From NCBI GenBank assembly GCA_029984855.1, contig JARQZL010000016.1, positions 1,482 to 65,481 of the forward strand: a stretch of DNA of 64,000 nt, written 5' to 3'. The notes under the pieces are model-generated. The model saw only the letters and a list, made by a program, of their open reading frames with translations, was not told the origin of the DNA and made no database searches. The position numbers and the translations under genes are program-made. The first letter of the stretch is position 1, and each line of letters opens with the position of its first letter. Below, in pieces: positions 19,830 to 28,904 of the stretch. The DNA is from Archaeoglobales archaeon. Its GTDB lineage: Archaea; Halobacteriota; Archaeoglobi; Archaeoglobales; Archaeoglobaceae.

Positions 19830-21623
19830 TCATCCGCATGCCCTGGACAGAGAGAGCCATGAATCTTTTATTTTTTTGCCCGCTTCCTCAAAATTAACAC
19901 TCTCTGTCTTTACGTAATCTGGCAGCAGTCTGGAATAAACTGTTTCCCCATACCTTTCATCCGCAAGGATAAACAGTGCCTTGTCTTCTGCGCTCCTCAA
20001 AGCTCTCCCCATAGCCTGACATGCTCTCTGCATGGCGGGAATCACGTAGGCATAGTACCAGCCCTTCTCTTCACCGTGGACATCCATATAGTAATCAATA
20101 TAAAGCTGGGTTTTCAGAGTCATTCTGTCGAAGGGTATGCCGATCAGGAGCATCGCCTCAAGCTCTTTACCTGGAAAATCTGCTCCTTCTGCAAACCTCC
20201 CGGTCATTGTGGCGACAAGAACTCCACCCATCTTCTTGAATCTATCAAGTATTCTTCGTCCTTCGTCTCCGCTCATTCCCTGTCTCTCCACGAAAAGCTT
20301 CTTATTGGTACTTTCTGCTGCTTTAAGGATGAATGGCATGAGTTCACCCTGAATCCTGTAACTTGCCGAGAATATAGCTGAATTTACCTCAACCCTGAAG
20401 AATTCTTTTATGAGCTTTCCATACCTTCGTTTCTGTTTTTCTGTCAGCACCTCCCCTCTTGTGCTCACTCCCTTTACCACAATGCACTTGCTCTGTCCGA
20501 GCTCAGTTTTGAAGTGTCTTCCTGCGTACCTTTCTATGCCCGCTATTTCTGCAAACGCCTTTATAGGCCTGAGCGTTCCTGAACAGAATACGCATCCTCT
20601 GAATTCATTCCATCTGCTCTTAAGTATCTCTCCACACCTCATGTCCCATCTTTCAATCCTGAGATTCTCCCTTTCAATTCTTGCAATGAAAACGACGCCC
20701 TTAACGTCCTCAAATTTCATCGATTCCATAAGAAATGTTGCAAGTCTGTAAATGCTTGATCGTGGAGTTTTATTCTCTTCAAGCATCCTCCGCCTCACCT
20801 CCTCTCCCAGCTTTTTCATTGACCTGAGGTGTGGAGTGTAAAACTCTCCTGCGTTTATCTTCCTCTCTTTCTCACCTCTTCTCTCCATTGCCCTCATCAA
20901 TTCCTCCATCTGTAGCTGAATCTTTTTCACCTCTTCTGCTACCTCATTATCCACTTTTTCAGCTTCTCTAACAGCATTTTTTGCTGTGTTGAGAGTAATC
21001 TCCTCAGAGAATACGTTTCCGGCATACCTCAGGTTGTGTGCCTCATCGACAACCAAAAAAAAGTTTTTGAACGGCACCACACTCTTTATCACCCATCCGA
21101 GTGCCGGATGTACGATGTAGTTGTAGTTCAAAGAGACGAGGTCTGCGTGGAGTAAGAGACCCCTCTGGGAATAATATGGGCATGAACCTGTCTCTTTGCA
21201 GATATCCAGTATCTCGGTATAGAGCATTGGCCCCTCGGGTTTGAATTCTAAAGAGTTGTTGTAAGGACACTTCTCACGCCTCTGTCTGCAGAGATATGCA
21301 ACACTCTCCGAATCCTTCAGTCCAATATCTCTTGCAAGCAGACACATGTCCTTTTTTCCACGAAATGAGAAACCAAAGTAGTTTTTGCCCAGTCTCCTGT
21401 TGATCTCCTTGAGTTCTTCTACCGGTCTGTCCGCTTCGTTTCCCGTTCTGACAGCCCACATGACCGGGCCGAGAGGGAGCAGCGCTGAAAGTACAACTGC
21501 TGTTTTTCCAAAACCGGTTGGGGCATCAAGACAAACTATGCCCTCTGCATGTTTTTTTATGAATTTCAGGGCATCTAATTGTCCTTTTCTTGGTCTGTAC
21601 GGAAAGTCTTTCACAAACCACAA
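19830..21623 (-). CDS. xpd: XPD/Rad3-family 5'-3' DNA helicase (DEAD_2, Fe-S cluster type)
   Basis: 597 aa. Walker A DAPTGFGKT, VVDEAHNL, and a Cys-rich insert (MCLL...YLCRQRREKCPY...CKETGSCPYY) between them. The start codon is TTG (or GTG three codons later). Confidence 0.8.
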   Translation of the reverse strand: MWFVKDFPYRPRKGQLDALKFIKKHAEGIVCLDAPTGFGKTAVVLSALLPLGPVMWAVRTGNEADRPVEELKEINRRLGKNYFGFSFRGKKDMCLLARDIGLKDSESVAYLCRQRREKCPYNNSLEFKPEGPMLYTEILDICKETGSCPYYSQRGLLLHADLVSLNYNYIVHPALGWVIKSVVPFKNFFLVVDEAHNLRYAGNVFSEEITLNTAKNAVREAEKVDNEVAEEVKKIQLQMEELMRAMERRGEKERKINAGEFYTPHLRSMKKLGEEVRRRMLEENKTPRSSIYRLATFLMESMKFEDVKGVVFIARIERENLRIERWDMRCGEILKSRWNEFRGCVFCSGTLRPIKAFAEIAGIERYAGRHFKTELGQSKCIVVKGVSTRGEVLTEKQKRRYGKLIKEFFRVEVNSAIFSASYRIQGELMPFILKAAESTNKKLFVERQGMSGDEGRRILDRFKKMGGVLVATMTGRFAEGADFPGKELEAMLLIGIPFDRMTLKTQLYIDYYMDVHGEEKGWYYAYVIPAMQRACQAMGRALRSAEDKALFILADERYGETVYSRLLPDYVKTESVNFEEAGKKIKDSWLSLSRACG

Positions 21624-21667
21624 ACAACCGAAAGATTAAGAAAGCTTTTCAATGTATGGATTAGTGG

Positions 21668-21716
21668 TTGATGATGGATAAACCGGTGAACTTGATGATG
21701 GATAAACTTGGTGAAC
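21668..21716 (+). repeat. Imperfect tandem duplication (24 + 25 nt) of the translation-start region of the RavA-like gene
   Basis: TTGATGATGGATAAACCGGTGAAC followed by TTGATGATGGATAAACTTGGTGAAC. This gives MMMDKPVN-LMMDKLGE with six candidate in-frame starts. Confidence 0.8.
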
Positions 21717-22822
21717 TGAAGCTCAGGCTTGTGGATTGCTTTGTGCAGAGGGAGGCTGAAATAACGGCTGTGCTCAGCGGACTCCTTGCCAGCGAACCAG
21801 TCGTGCTTGTGGGAGAGGTTGGTACTGCGAAGACTGCTCTGATTGAGAAGATGGCTCAGCTTATAGATGCAAGGTACTTCTACTATCTGCTCACCCGCTT
21901 CACCGAGCCGGATGAGGTTCTCGGCCCCCTCGATATAAACGCCCTCAGGGAGGGCAGCTATGTAAGGCGGACTGAGGGGAGATTGCCAGAAGCGGAGATA
22001 GTATTTCTTGATGAGATTTTCAAAGCCTCGTCTGCAATAAGAAACATACTTCTGGACATAATCCTTAACAGGAGATTCAGAAACAACGGAGGATACGTCA
22101 GGCTTCCAATGCTTGCCCTCTATACAGCAAGCAACGATATAAGCACAGACATTGAGGATGCTGCGTTCTACGATAGATTAACAGTAAGATGCTTCGCCAA
22201 AAGCGTATCTGAGGATGCCTGGAGCGAGCTTATTGCCCGGGGAATAATGCTTGAGGATATGTCCATGCAGCCAATTCTCAGTGTAGAAGATGTAAAGTCC
22301 CTGCAGCAGATGGTTATACAGAGGTTTCATTCAATGACTGAAAGTGAAATTCTCGGAGTCTATCTGGATGCTCTTGCAGCATTAAAGCAGAGAGGCGTTA
22401 AAATTTCAGACAGGAGAAAGATTAAGCTTCTCAAAGTAGCCAGTGCAATATCTGTCATCTACAACGAGGATGTCGTTACCAGAGACAGTCTTGCAGAAGC
22501 ACTGAAGTTCACGGCAGTACACGATGAGGATGACGTCAGGAAAGTTGAACAGGTAATCTTTGAGCTCGGTCTTAGCAGCTTCTACAAGCACATTCAGAAG
22601 TTGCAGACAGTGACATCAGAACTGCAAAATGCCATAAAGCTCAGCTCCTCTGGCGGACTGGATGAACTCAGGATGCTGTCTGCTGTGTGCTCCAAGGCGT
22701 CTGTCATGGCATCTGAGGTGCCGGAAAATCCGAGACTTATGCCTTACGTGAGGCAGCTCAAGAGTGCTGTTTACAAAGCTGAAAACATTCTGGAAAGAAA
22801 AAAAACAGAAATATTTGGATAG
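21668..22822 (+). CDS. MoxR-class AAA+ ATPase, RavA-like
   Basis: 384 aa. Walker A GEVGTAKT, Walker B IVFLDEIFKASSAIRNILLDIILNRRF, sensor-1 region LYTASND. The exact start is uncertain because of the duplication. Confidence 0.8.
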   Translation: MMMDKPVNLMMDKLGELKLRLVDCFVQREAEITAVLSGLLASEPVVLVGEVGTAKTALIEKMAQLIDARYFYYLLTRFTEPDEVLGPLDINALREGSYVRRTEGRLPEAEIVFLDEIFKASSAIRNILLDIILNRRFRNNGGYVRLPMLALYTASNDISTDIEDAAFYDRLTVRCFAKSVSEDAWSELIARGIMLEDMSMQPILSVEDVKSLQQMVIQRFHSMTESEILGVYLDALAALKQRGVKISDRRKIKLLKVASAISVIYNEDVVTRDSLAEALKFTAVHDEDDVRKVEQVIFELGLSSFYKHIQKLQTVTSELQNAIKLSSSGGLDELRMLSAVCSKASVMASEVPENPRLMPYVRQLKSAVYKAENILERKKTEIFG

Positions 22823-24106
22823 ATGGTGAGCAACAACCTTGTCAACATAACGAACAAGGATTTTATCTACAACCTGATATTGAGAAGGATAGCGTCCTTT
22901 CTGCCACCTGATCTTCAGGAGATATACAATTCTTCCCGTCAGGTTCAGATGATCTCAACAGACTCCTACTTCCTGCACTACTCCCTTTACCCTTTTCTCC
23001 GTGGAAAAAACGATGATGAGATTATGGAGGATGTAAGGCTGTTCTGCCGGGAATACATAAACGGGGAAAGATATCAGATGCTCAAAACAATTACGACGCT
23101 TGACGATGAGCTGAGCCTTGTTTACAGCATTGCCCTGACAAAGTATATTGTTGGAAGAATAAGGGGAAGGCTCAAACCAGGTGAGCTCTCCAAAATCTCA
23201 GGCAGAGGGGGTGAAGCAGTAGCCGGGCTTCTTAAAGGCATCTCCACCCTGCTTGAAGGGGCAGTGGAGGAGGCAGAGAGCGTAGCCAAAAACGCTGAGG
23301 AAATCAGAGAACTCATGGGTGGAAAGAATGCGGGCAGGGAAGCTGGAACCTTCCAGAAAATCCTGAACCTTGCGAAGCAGATGATGTTCGTTGAGGATTT
23401 AAAGAAAATAGTTGACATGTCCCGGAAGATGATGGAATTTGTGCCAAAGGCAACGAGAATTTCCAAGATGAAGGGGAAGACCGGTGACGAGCTTTCAGGA
23501 TACATGGTAACGAGGCAGATTGAGAGGGCTCTGCCGAGAGAACTCGCTTTACCCGATGAGCTTTTCATGCGAAGGCTTTCCGACGGCTTCCTTGCAAAGG
23601 AGAAACTGAAAGTGAGTGAGGGAGCATATTACGTTCTGATTGACAAGTCTGGTTCAATGGTTGGGGAGAAGACAATATGGGCGAGAAGTGTTGCAATGGC
23701 AATCTACAGAATGTCAAAGACAAAGAGACGGAAGTACTTTCTTCGCTTCTTTGATACAAGGGTTTATCCTGATAAACCACTCTCCGAGCCAAGAGAGATA
23801 GTGGACGCAATACTGAGAGTCCAGTCCAACGGTGGGACGGATATAACCAACGCCATTTCAACTGCTATAAATGACCTGATTGAAGGGCGCTTTGCAGAGT
23901 ACACAAACACAATAGTGATAATTACAGATGGCGAGGACGTTGTTGAAGACCTGTCGAAGGAGTTGAAGAAAACAAAGGCAGTACTGATTTCAGTTATGAT
24001 TCAGGGCAACAACGAGACGCTGAAGAGCATAAGCGATAGCTATATGCATGCAGAGCTGACAGAGCGGGGAGGAGAGAAGCTGATAAAGCTTGTTGAAACC
24101 TCTTGA
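22823..24106 (+). CDS. VWA-domain protein, ViaA/CoxE-like partner of the preceding ATPase
   Basis: 427 aa. ELALPDELFMRRL, then MIDAS LIDKSGSM...NGGTDI...IITDGED. It starts 1 nt after the ATPase stop. Confidence 0.8.
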   Translation: MVSNNLVNITNKDFIYNLILRRIASFLPPDLQEIYNSSRQVQMISTDSYFLHYSLYPFLRGKNDDEIMEDVRLFCREYINGERYQMLKTITTLDDELSLVYSIALTKYIVGRIRGRLKPGELSKISGRGGEAVAGLLKGISTLLEGAVEEAESVAKNAEEIRELMGGKNAGREAGTFQKILNLAKQMMFVEDLKKIVDMSRKMMEFVPKATRISKMKGKTGDELSGYMVTRQIERALPRELALPDELFMRRLSDGFLAKEKLKVSEGAYYVLIDKSGSMVGEKTIWARSVAMAIYRMSKTKRRKYFLRFFDTRVYPDKPLSEPREIVDAILRVQSNGGTDITNAISTAINDLIEGRFAEYTNTIVIITDGEDVVEDLSKELKKTKAVLISVMIQGNNETLKSISDSYMHAELTERGGEKLIKLVETS

Positions 24107-24149
24107 TAGAATAAAGCAAAATACAAAGCATAACCTATATATTTACTGG

Positions 24150-24839
24150 ATGGCAGCAAAATCCATGATCATTGACAATTCAAGAAAGCTGGGCTTTGAT
24201 GACAGGTTCAGATTTTCATGCTATAAAGGGATTGAATGCTTTAACATGTGCTGTAGCGATCTGAATCTGTTTCTGACACCGTACGATATAATCCGGATTA
24301 AAAATAATCTGGGATTGCCATCTGGTGAGTTTCTGGAGAAGTATACTGCATGGCATATCGGCCCTGAAACCGGCCTTCCTGTTGTGGTGCTGAAAATGCT
24401 CAATGGAAGGTGCCCGTTCGTCAGCGATGAGGGATGCAGGATATATGGAGACAGGCCGGGCGCATGTCGTCTTTACCCCCTCGTGAGAATGAAATCCAGA
24501 GAGGAGGAGTACTACTACATTTTAGTAGAGGACTTCTGTGCAGGTTTGAAAAAAGAAAAAGAGTGGACAGTCAGAGATTGGCTGAGAGATCAGGGTGCAG
24601 AGAAGTACAATGAAATGAACGACATCTTTATGGAACTTGTTCTGGGTATGTACTCGTCAGGAAGGAGGCTGAATGATGAGGAAATGCAGAGGTTTTACCT
24701 TGCCTGTTACGACATTGACACGTTCAGAAGAACCGTCCGGGAGGGAGTTCTGCCGATTGACGTGGATGAAAGGGTTCTGAAAGACGATGAAAAATTGATG
24801 ATTCTCGGAATACAGTGGTTAAAGCAAAGTCTTCTTTAG
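24150..24839 (+). CDS. YkgJ/UPF0153 family cysteine-cluster protein
   Basis: FSCYKGIECFNMCCSDLN...GRCPFVSDEGCRIYGDRPGACRLYP (CxxCxxCC-type family). The track ORF (TTG 24090) overlaps the VWA stop; the first ATG is at 24150. Confidence 0.75.
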   Translation: MAAKSMIIDNSRKLGFDDRFRFSCYKGIECFNMCCSDLNLFLTPYDIIRIKNNLGLPSGEFLEKYTAWHIGPETGLPVVVLKMLNGRCPFVSDEGCRIYGDRPGACRLYPLVRMKSREEEYYYILVEDFCAGLKKEKEWTVRDWLRDQGAEKYNEMNDIFMELVLGMYSSGRRLNDEEMQRFYLACYDIDTFRRTVREGVLPIDVDERVLKDDEKLMILGIQWLKQSLL

Positions 24840-26185
24840 CTGAGTATTCTCTTCACTGCTTTCATCCCGAGCTCCAGTATCTCTTTTGCTCTGGTCTCTG
24901 TCTTGGCCTCGGCAGTAATTCTTGCTACCGGCTCAGTTCCCGACGGCCTGATGAGCAGCCAGCCGTCGTCGTAGTCAACTCTTGCTCCATCGATGAAGTT
25001 TGCTTCCGGAAATTCCTCTTTCAGTCCATTCAGTAATTTCATCTTGTCCCTGCATGGAACTTTTGTCTTGAGCGTGAAATAGCGAGGTACAATCTTTATC
25101 AGCTCGGAAAGCGGTTTATTCTCCAGAGCCATGAGTTCAAGAATTTTTGCAGCGCTCATTGCACCATCTCTTGCAAGCAAATGCTCGGGGAATACTAAGC
25201 CGCCGTTTCCCTCTCCACCAAAAACCGCTCTGGTTTTTATCATCGTCTCTGCAACAACCGGTGAGCCGACTGCCGTGTAAACCACCTCACCACCTGCAGC
25301 TCTCACAGCATCCTCAACGCATCGTGACGAAGAGACAGGGGTAACAACAACTCCCTTTTTCCTCTCCACGTAGTATCTGGCCATGAGAGCAAGCATTACA
25401 TCCTCGCTGACGAATTGACCCCTCTCATCAACAAATGTTGCTCTGTCCGCATCACCATCGTGAGCAATACCGAGATCAGCATTCATTTCCGCTACAACTT
25501 TTTTGAGTTGCTCGACGTTCTCCTCAACGGGTTCGGGATCTCTTGCCGGAAAGTTTCCATCCGGATGAGCGTTTATGCTTATAACAGTACACCCAAGCTC
25601 TTTCAGAAGCTGGGGACTTGTAACGCATCCAGCCCCGTTACCGCAATCCACGACAACTCTGAATTCTTTCGACGCAATGGCGTTGATGTCAACTTTCTCC
25701 TTAATTCCCTCAATATAGTGCCTTCTGCAGTCTTCCATGTACACCTGACCGACCTCATTCCATGCAGCTATTCTGTACGTTTTGCTTTTGTAAATTCTCT
25801 CGCTCTCCTCGTCCATATCTCTCGTGAACTCCCTGCCGTCATCCTGAATGAATTTTATTCCGTTGTATTCCTTTGGATTGTGACTTGCGGTGACAAGTAC
25901 TCCTCCATCAATTTTTGGATTTGTTTTGACGTAGTACTGCAACGCCGGGGTCGGTACGAGTCCCAGGTCTACAACATCGCTTCCTGTTGAGGTTACACCG
26001 GCAATTACAGCAGCTCTAAGCATGTGGCTTGAAAGACGTGCATCCATACCAACAGCGACGTTTTTTCTCAGAGTACCCATAACTCTGCCGAGATTCAGGG
26101 CCATCTCAACAGTTAGCTCCTCATTCGCTATGCCTCTCACACCATCTGTACCGAAAAGCTCTCCGGTACCACCAATTCTTGCCAT
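24836..26185 (-). CDS. glmM: Phosphoglucosamine/phosphohexose mutase
   Basis: FGTDGVRG, active-site TASHNPKEYNGIK, metal loop HDGDADR. The stop overlaps the YkgJ stop region (convergent). Confidence 0.85.
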   Translation of the reverse strand: MARIGGTGELFGTDGVRGIANEELTVEMALNLGRVMGTLRKNVAVGMDARLSSHMLRAAVIAGVTSTGSDVVDLGLVPTPALQYYVKTNPKIDGGVLVTASHNPKEYNGIKFIQDDGREFTRDMDEESERIYKSKTYRIAAWNEVGQVYMEDCRRHYIEGIKEKVDINAIASKEFRVVVDCGNGAGCVTSPQLLKELGCTVISINAHPDGNFPARDPEPVEENVEQLKKVVAEMNADLGIAHDGDADRATFVDERGQFVSEDVMLALMARYYVERKKGVVVTPVSSSRCVEDAVRAAGGEVVYTAVGSPVVAETMIKTRAVFGGEGNGGLVFPEHLLARDGAMSAAKILELMALENKPLSELIKIVPRYFTLKTKVPCRDKMKLLNGLKEEFPEANFIDGARVDYDDGWLLIRPSGTEPVARITAEAKTETRAKEILELGMKAVKRILS

Positions 26186-26237
26186 ACACTTCAATCGTTC
26201 TTAGGATATTTCTCTCTTTTCCCTTCCCAGGGTGTAC

Positions 26238-27194
26238 TCACTGGACGAGTGGAACACGGGAATAGCTTTCGAATTCAACGATTTTCTGCCAGATCCGAAT
26301 ACAATCACAGCTTACGTTCAGATCCGCCAGATTCTGGCTGAGAGAGAACTTCTTTATCGCCTCTGCAACGTATTTGTCGCATTTTCTGCAGTTATGCGGC
26401 CCTCTTTCACTTCCCGCAGCAACAGGATCGCATACAATCTCCATCTCCCCACTCCTGACCCTCCTGAGGACTTCGATGGCACTCCAGAGCCAGGGGGGGC
26501 GGTACAGCTTTCGACACCACAGTTTTTCCACATAGGTATTTGATGGAATATACATCAGGTTGAGAGATACTATGTCTGTGTAGTCCATAACGTCCATTGA
26601 GGAATGAACGGCATCCTCTATCGCCTCTTTCTCTGACAGAAAAGGTGGCTTTAGCAGCAGGTAGGTTTTAACTCTTATTCCGTAGTCTCTGAGCTTCTTT
26701 GCAGCTTCGGTGAAGTCTCTGAATGTAAATCCCTTGTTTATGCAGTTCTGCCTTATGAAGTCGTTGCTTGTCTCAAGCCCTATTCCAACTTCCGCTTCGA
26801 ATGGCATTGATGCAAGCTCATTCATCACTCCGTCTCTTATAAACTCAGGTCTGCTTTCAACTATCAGCTTTTTAACGTCCATCGACTGGAGTAGGGTATA
26901 AAGATAACTTCTGAACTCATCTGGGACTTCTCGGCTGTCAAAGAAACTTCCCGATGTGAATATCTTGAGAACGTCGAATTCCTCTCCTTTAACCGCCATC
27001 TCTATCTGCTCTCTGAGAGTAAAACGGGTTTTGCTGTTCAATTCTTTACTGAAACCGCACATCAGGCAGCGATTCCAGTAGCAACCCTTGGTCTGGAGGA
27101 TTACAGTAAGGCATTTCAAAACCTTTCCGTGGAATCTCTCCCTTTCAGTCCACACTCTGAGCTTCTTTACGTTTTTTAGTACCACGTTCCCCAC
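26238..27194 (-). CDS. Radical-SAM protein of the archaeosine RaSEA (TIGR01210-like) type
   Basis: 318 aa. Cys cluster TKGCYWNRCLMCGF, followed by an Elp3-like TIM-barrel region. The family call is from memory of the GC-W...C-MCG pattern. Confidence 0.55.
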   Translation of the reverse strand: MGNVVLKNVKKLRVWTERERFHGKVLKCLTVILQTKGCYWNRCLMCGFSKELNSKTRFTLREQIEMAVKGEEFDVLKIFTSGSFFDSREVPDEFRSYLYTLLQSMDVKKLIVESRPEFIRDGVMNELASMPFEAEVGIGLETSNDFIRQNCINKGFTFRDFTEAAKKLRDYGIRVKTYLLLKPPFLSEKEAIEDAVHSSMDVMDYTDIVSLNLMYIPSNTYVEKLWCRKLYRPPWLWSAIEVLRRVRSGEMEIVCDPVAAGSERGPHNCRKCDKYVAEAIKKFSLSQNLADLNVSCDCIRIWQKIVEFESYSRVPLVQ

Positions 27195-27970
27195 CTTCTC
27201 AGGATTCTTAGCTTCTTCCCATAGTAGAGTCCCACGAGCAGGCCGGAGAGGTGAGCAACATGGGCTATGTGGTCGGGAGAGTGAATTAAAAGCAGGTCAA
27301 TAGCAGCGAACAGCAGTATCATGTGTCTTATGCTCATCGGAATTGGCGGGATGAGCAGCATAACCCTTATCTCAGGGGCGATTATTGCAAGGCATCCCAT
27401 AACACCGTATATGGCTCCAGAGGCCCCCAGAGCAGGGTAAACCTGGCCAGTAGCATATGTGAAGGCGATATATCCGATGTTTCCTGCAATGCCAGAAAGC
27501 AGAAATATCTTCAAATATCTTGATCCACCAACCCTTCTTTCGAGCTCTCCGCCAAAGAACAGGAGAACAAACATGTTAACAAAGTAGTGCCAGAAACCTC
27601 CATGAAAGAATATACTCGTTACAAGCTGCCATGCATAAATTGGGTTTGCTTTTATCCAGTCGGGATGTAGTATCATCCACCACTCGAGCTTTGGAAAGAG
27701 TATTGAGAGAAACAGCATTATCGTGCAAATTCCGATGATCAGATTGTTGTAGCCGTATGCAGTAAAGCCGGAAGGCTTTGGAATTGAGATACTGAACCTT
27801 CTCTGCTTTTTGACCTTAACCGGTACATTCCAGTACTCCTTTATTCCCTCACTCAATCCAGAGCAGTTATGTGCTTCAGGCAGCCTGTGCTCTGAACAGA
27901 AGTAGCCACCACAGTACTTACACCTGTATGGCATCCAGACCTCTTTTCCACAGTACTCGCAGCGCCTCAC
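27176..27970 (-). CDS. Rhomboid intramembrane serine protease with N-terminal AN1-type zinc finger
   Basis: CEYCGKEVWMPYRCKYCGGYFCSEHRLPEAHNC, then rhomboid motifs FFHGGFWHYFVNM, GASGAIYG and HVAHLSG. It overlaps the downstream radical-SAM gene by 19 nt. Confidence 0.8.
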   Translation of the reverse strand: MRRCEYCGKEVWMPYRCKYCGGYFCSEHRLPEAHNCSGLSEGIKEYWNVPVKVKKQRRFSISIPKPSGFTAYGYNNLIIGICTIMLFLSILFPKLEWWMILHPDWIKANPIYAWQLVTSIFFHGGFWHYFVNMFVLLFFGGELERRVGGSRYLKIFLLSGIAGNIGYIAFTYATGQVYPALGASGAIYGVMGCLAIIAPEIRVMLLIPPIPMSIRHMILLFAAIDLLLIHSPDHIAHVAHLSGLLVGLYYGKKLRILRRWGTWY

Positions 27971-28042
27971 TTACTGGCATTTTTGAAGGCAGGTATTAAT
28001 TGTTTTCCATAGTTTTATAATCAGAATTCACAACTCCTGTAT

Positions 28043-28726
28043 ATGTTTCTGGCCAAGGGACTTGTTGTTGACATCGACGGAACAATAACATACAGAGACC
28101 GCAGTATCAACTGCTCTGCAGTTGAAGCGCTGAGAAAGGTGAAGATTCCGGTCATTCTTGCAACCGGCAACATTTCCTGTTTTGCAAGAACAGCTGCAAA
28201 GCTCATAGGCGTCTCGGATATCGTCATCTGTGAGAATGGGGGCGTTGTTCGATTCAGCTACGATGGTGAAGATATAGTGCTCGGAGAGATAGGCAAGTGC
28301 CTGAAAGCGGCGGAAATTCTGAAAGAGCAGTTTGAAGTGGAATTTCTTGATGTGGAGTATAGGAAATCTGAAGTATGTCTTCGCAGAAATTTCTCTATTG
28401 AGGAGGCAAGAAGAGCCCTTGAGCATACGGGACTGGATGTCAGAATTGTTGATTCGGGCTTTGCCTACCATATTATGGATGCTGGGGTCAGCAAGGGAAA
28501 AGCACTGGAGTACATAGCCAGTGAGCTTGGAATTTCAACAAAGGATATTGCGGCCATAGGTGACTCGGAGAACGACCTTGACCTGATCAGAGCTGCTGGT
28601 CTTGGTATTGCCGTGGGAGACGCTGATAAAAAGCTCAAGATGGAGGCAGACGTTGTTGTATCAAAAAAAGACGGTGATGGTGTTGTTGAGGCTCTCGAGC
28701 TTCTGGGCTTGATTAACCCTTTCTGA
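28043..28726 (+). CDS. HAD-superfamily (Cof-type) phosphatase, archaeal phosphoglycolate phosphatase-like
   Basis: 227 aa. VVDIDGTIT...ATGN...ENGG...GDSENDLDL. Confidence 0.75.
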   Translation: MFLAKGLVVDIDGTITYRDRSINCSAVEALRKVKIPVILATGNISCFARTAAKLIGVSDIVICENGGVVRFSYDGEDIVLGEIGKCLKAAEILKEQFEVEFLDVEYRKSEVCLRRNFSIEEARRALEHTGLDVRIVDSGFAYHIMDAGVSKGKALEYIASELGISTKDIAAIGDSENDLDLIRAAGLGIAVGDADKKLKMEADVVVSKKDGDGVVEALELLGLINPF

Positions 28727-28756
28727 GACTCTTTTCAGCACGTGAACACTAACTTG

Positions 28757-28780
28757 AGATTAAAAGCTGGGACATGCTGG
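28757..28780 (+). promoter_or_regulatory. Second copy of AGATTAAAAGCTGGGACATGCTGG (TATA-like box + GCTGG-N5-GCTGG)
   Basis: Perfect 24-nt match to the reverse complement of 231-254. It lies 125 nt upstream of the ATG at 28905, which carries an AAGGAGG Shine-Dalgarno sequence as the first copy's gene does. Confidence 0.55.
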
Positions 28781-28904
28781 GAGTGTTACATTGGAGGCAT
28801 TCAGAATGGGTGAATACGCAATACAGACGCAGACGCAACCTGAATTGGAAAATATGGCTGTGCATATGAGTTAGGCTACACTTCGCTTAAGGAGGAATAA
28901 AAAG

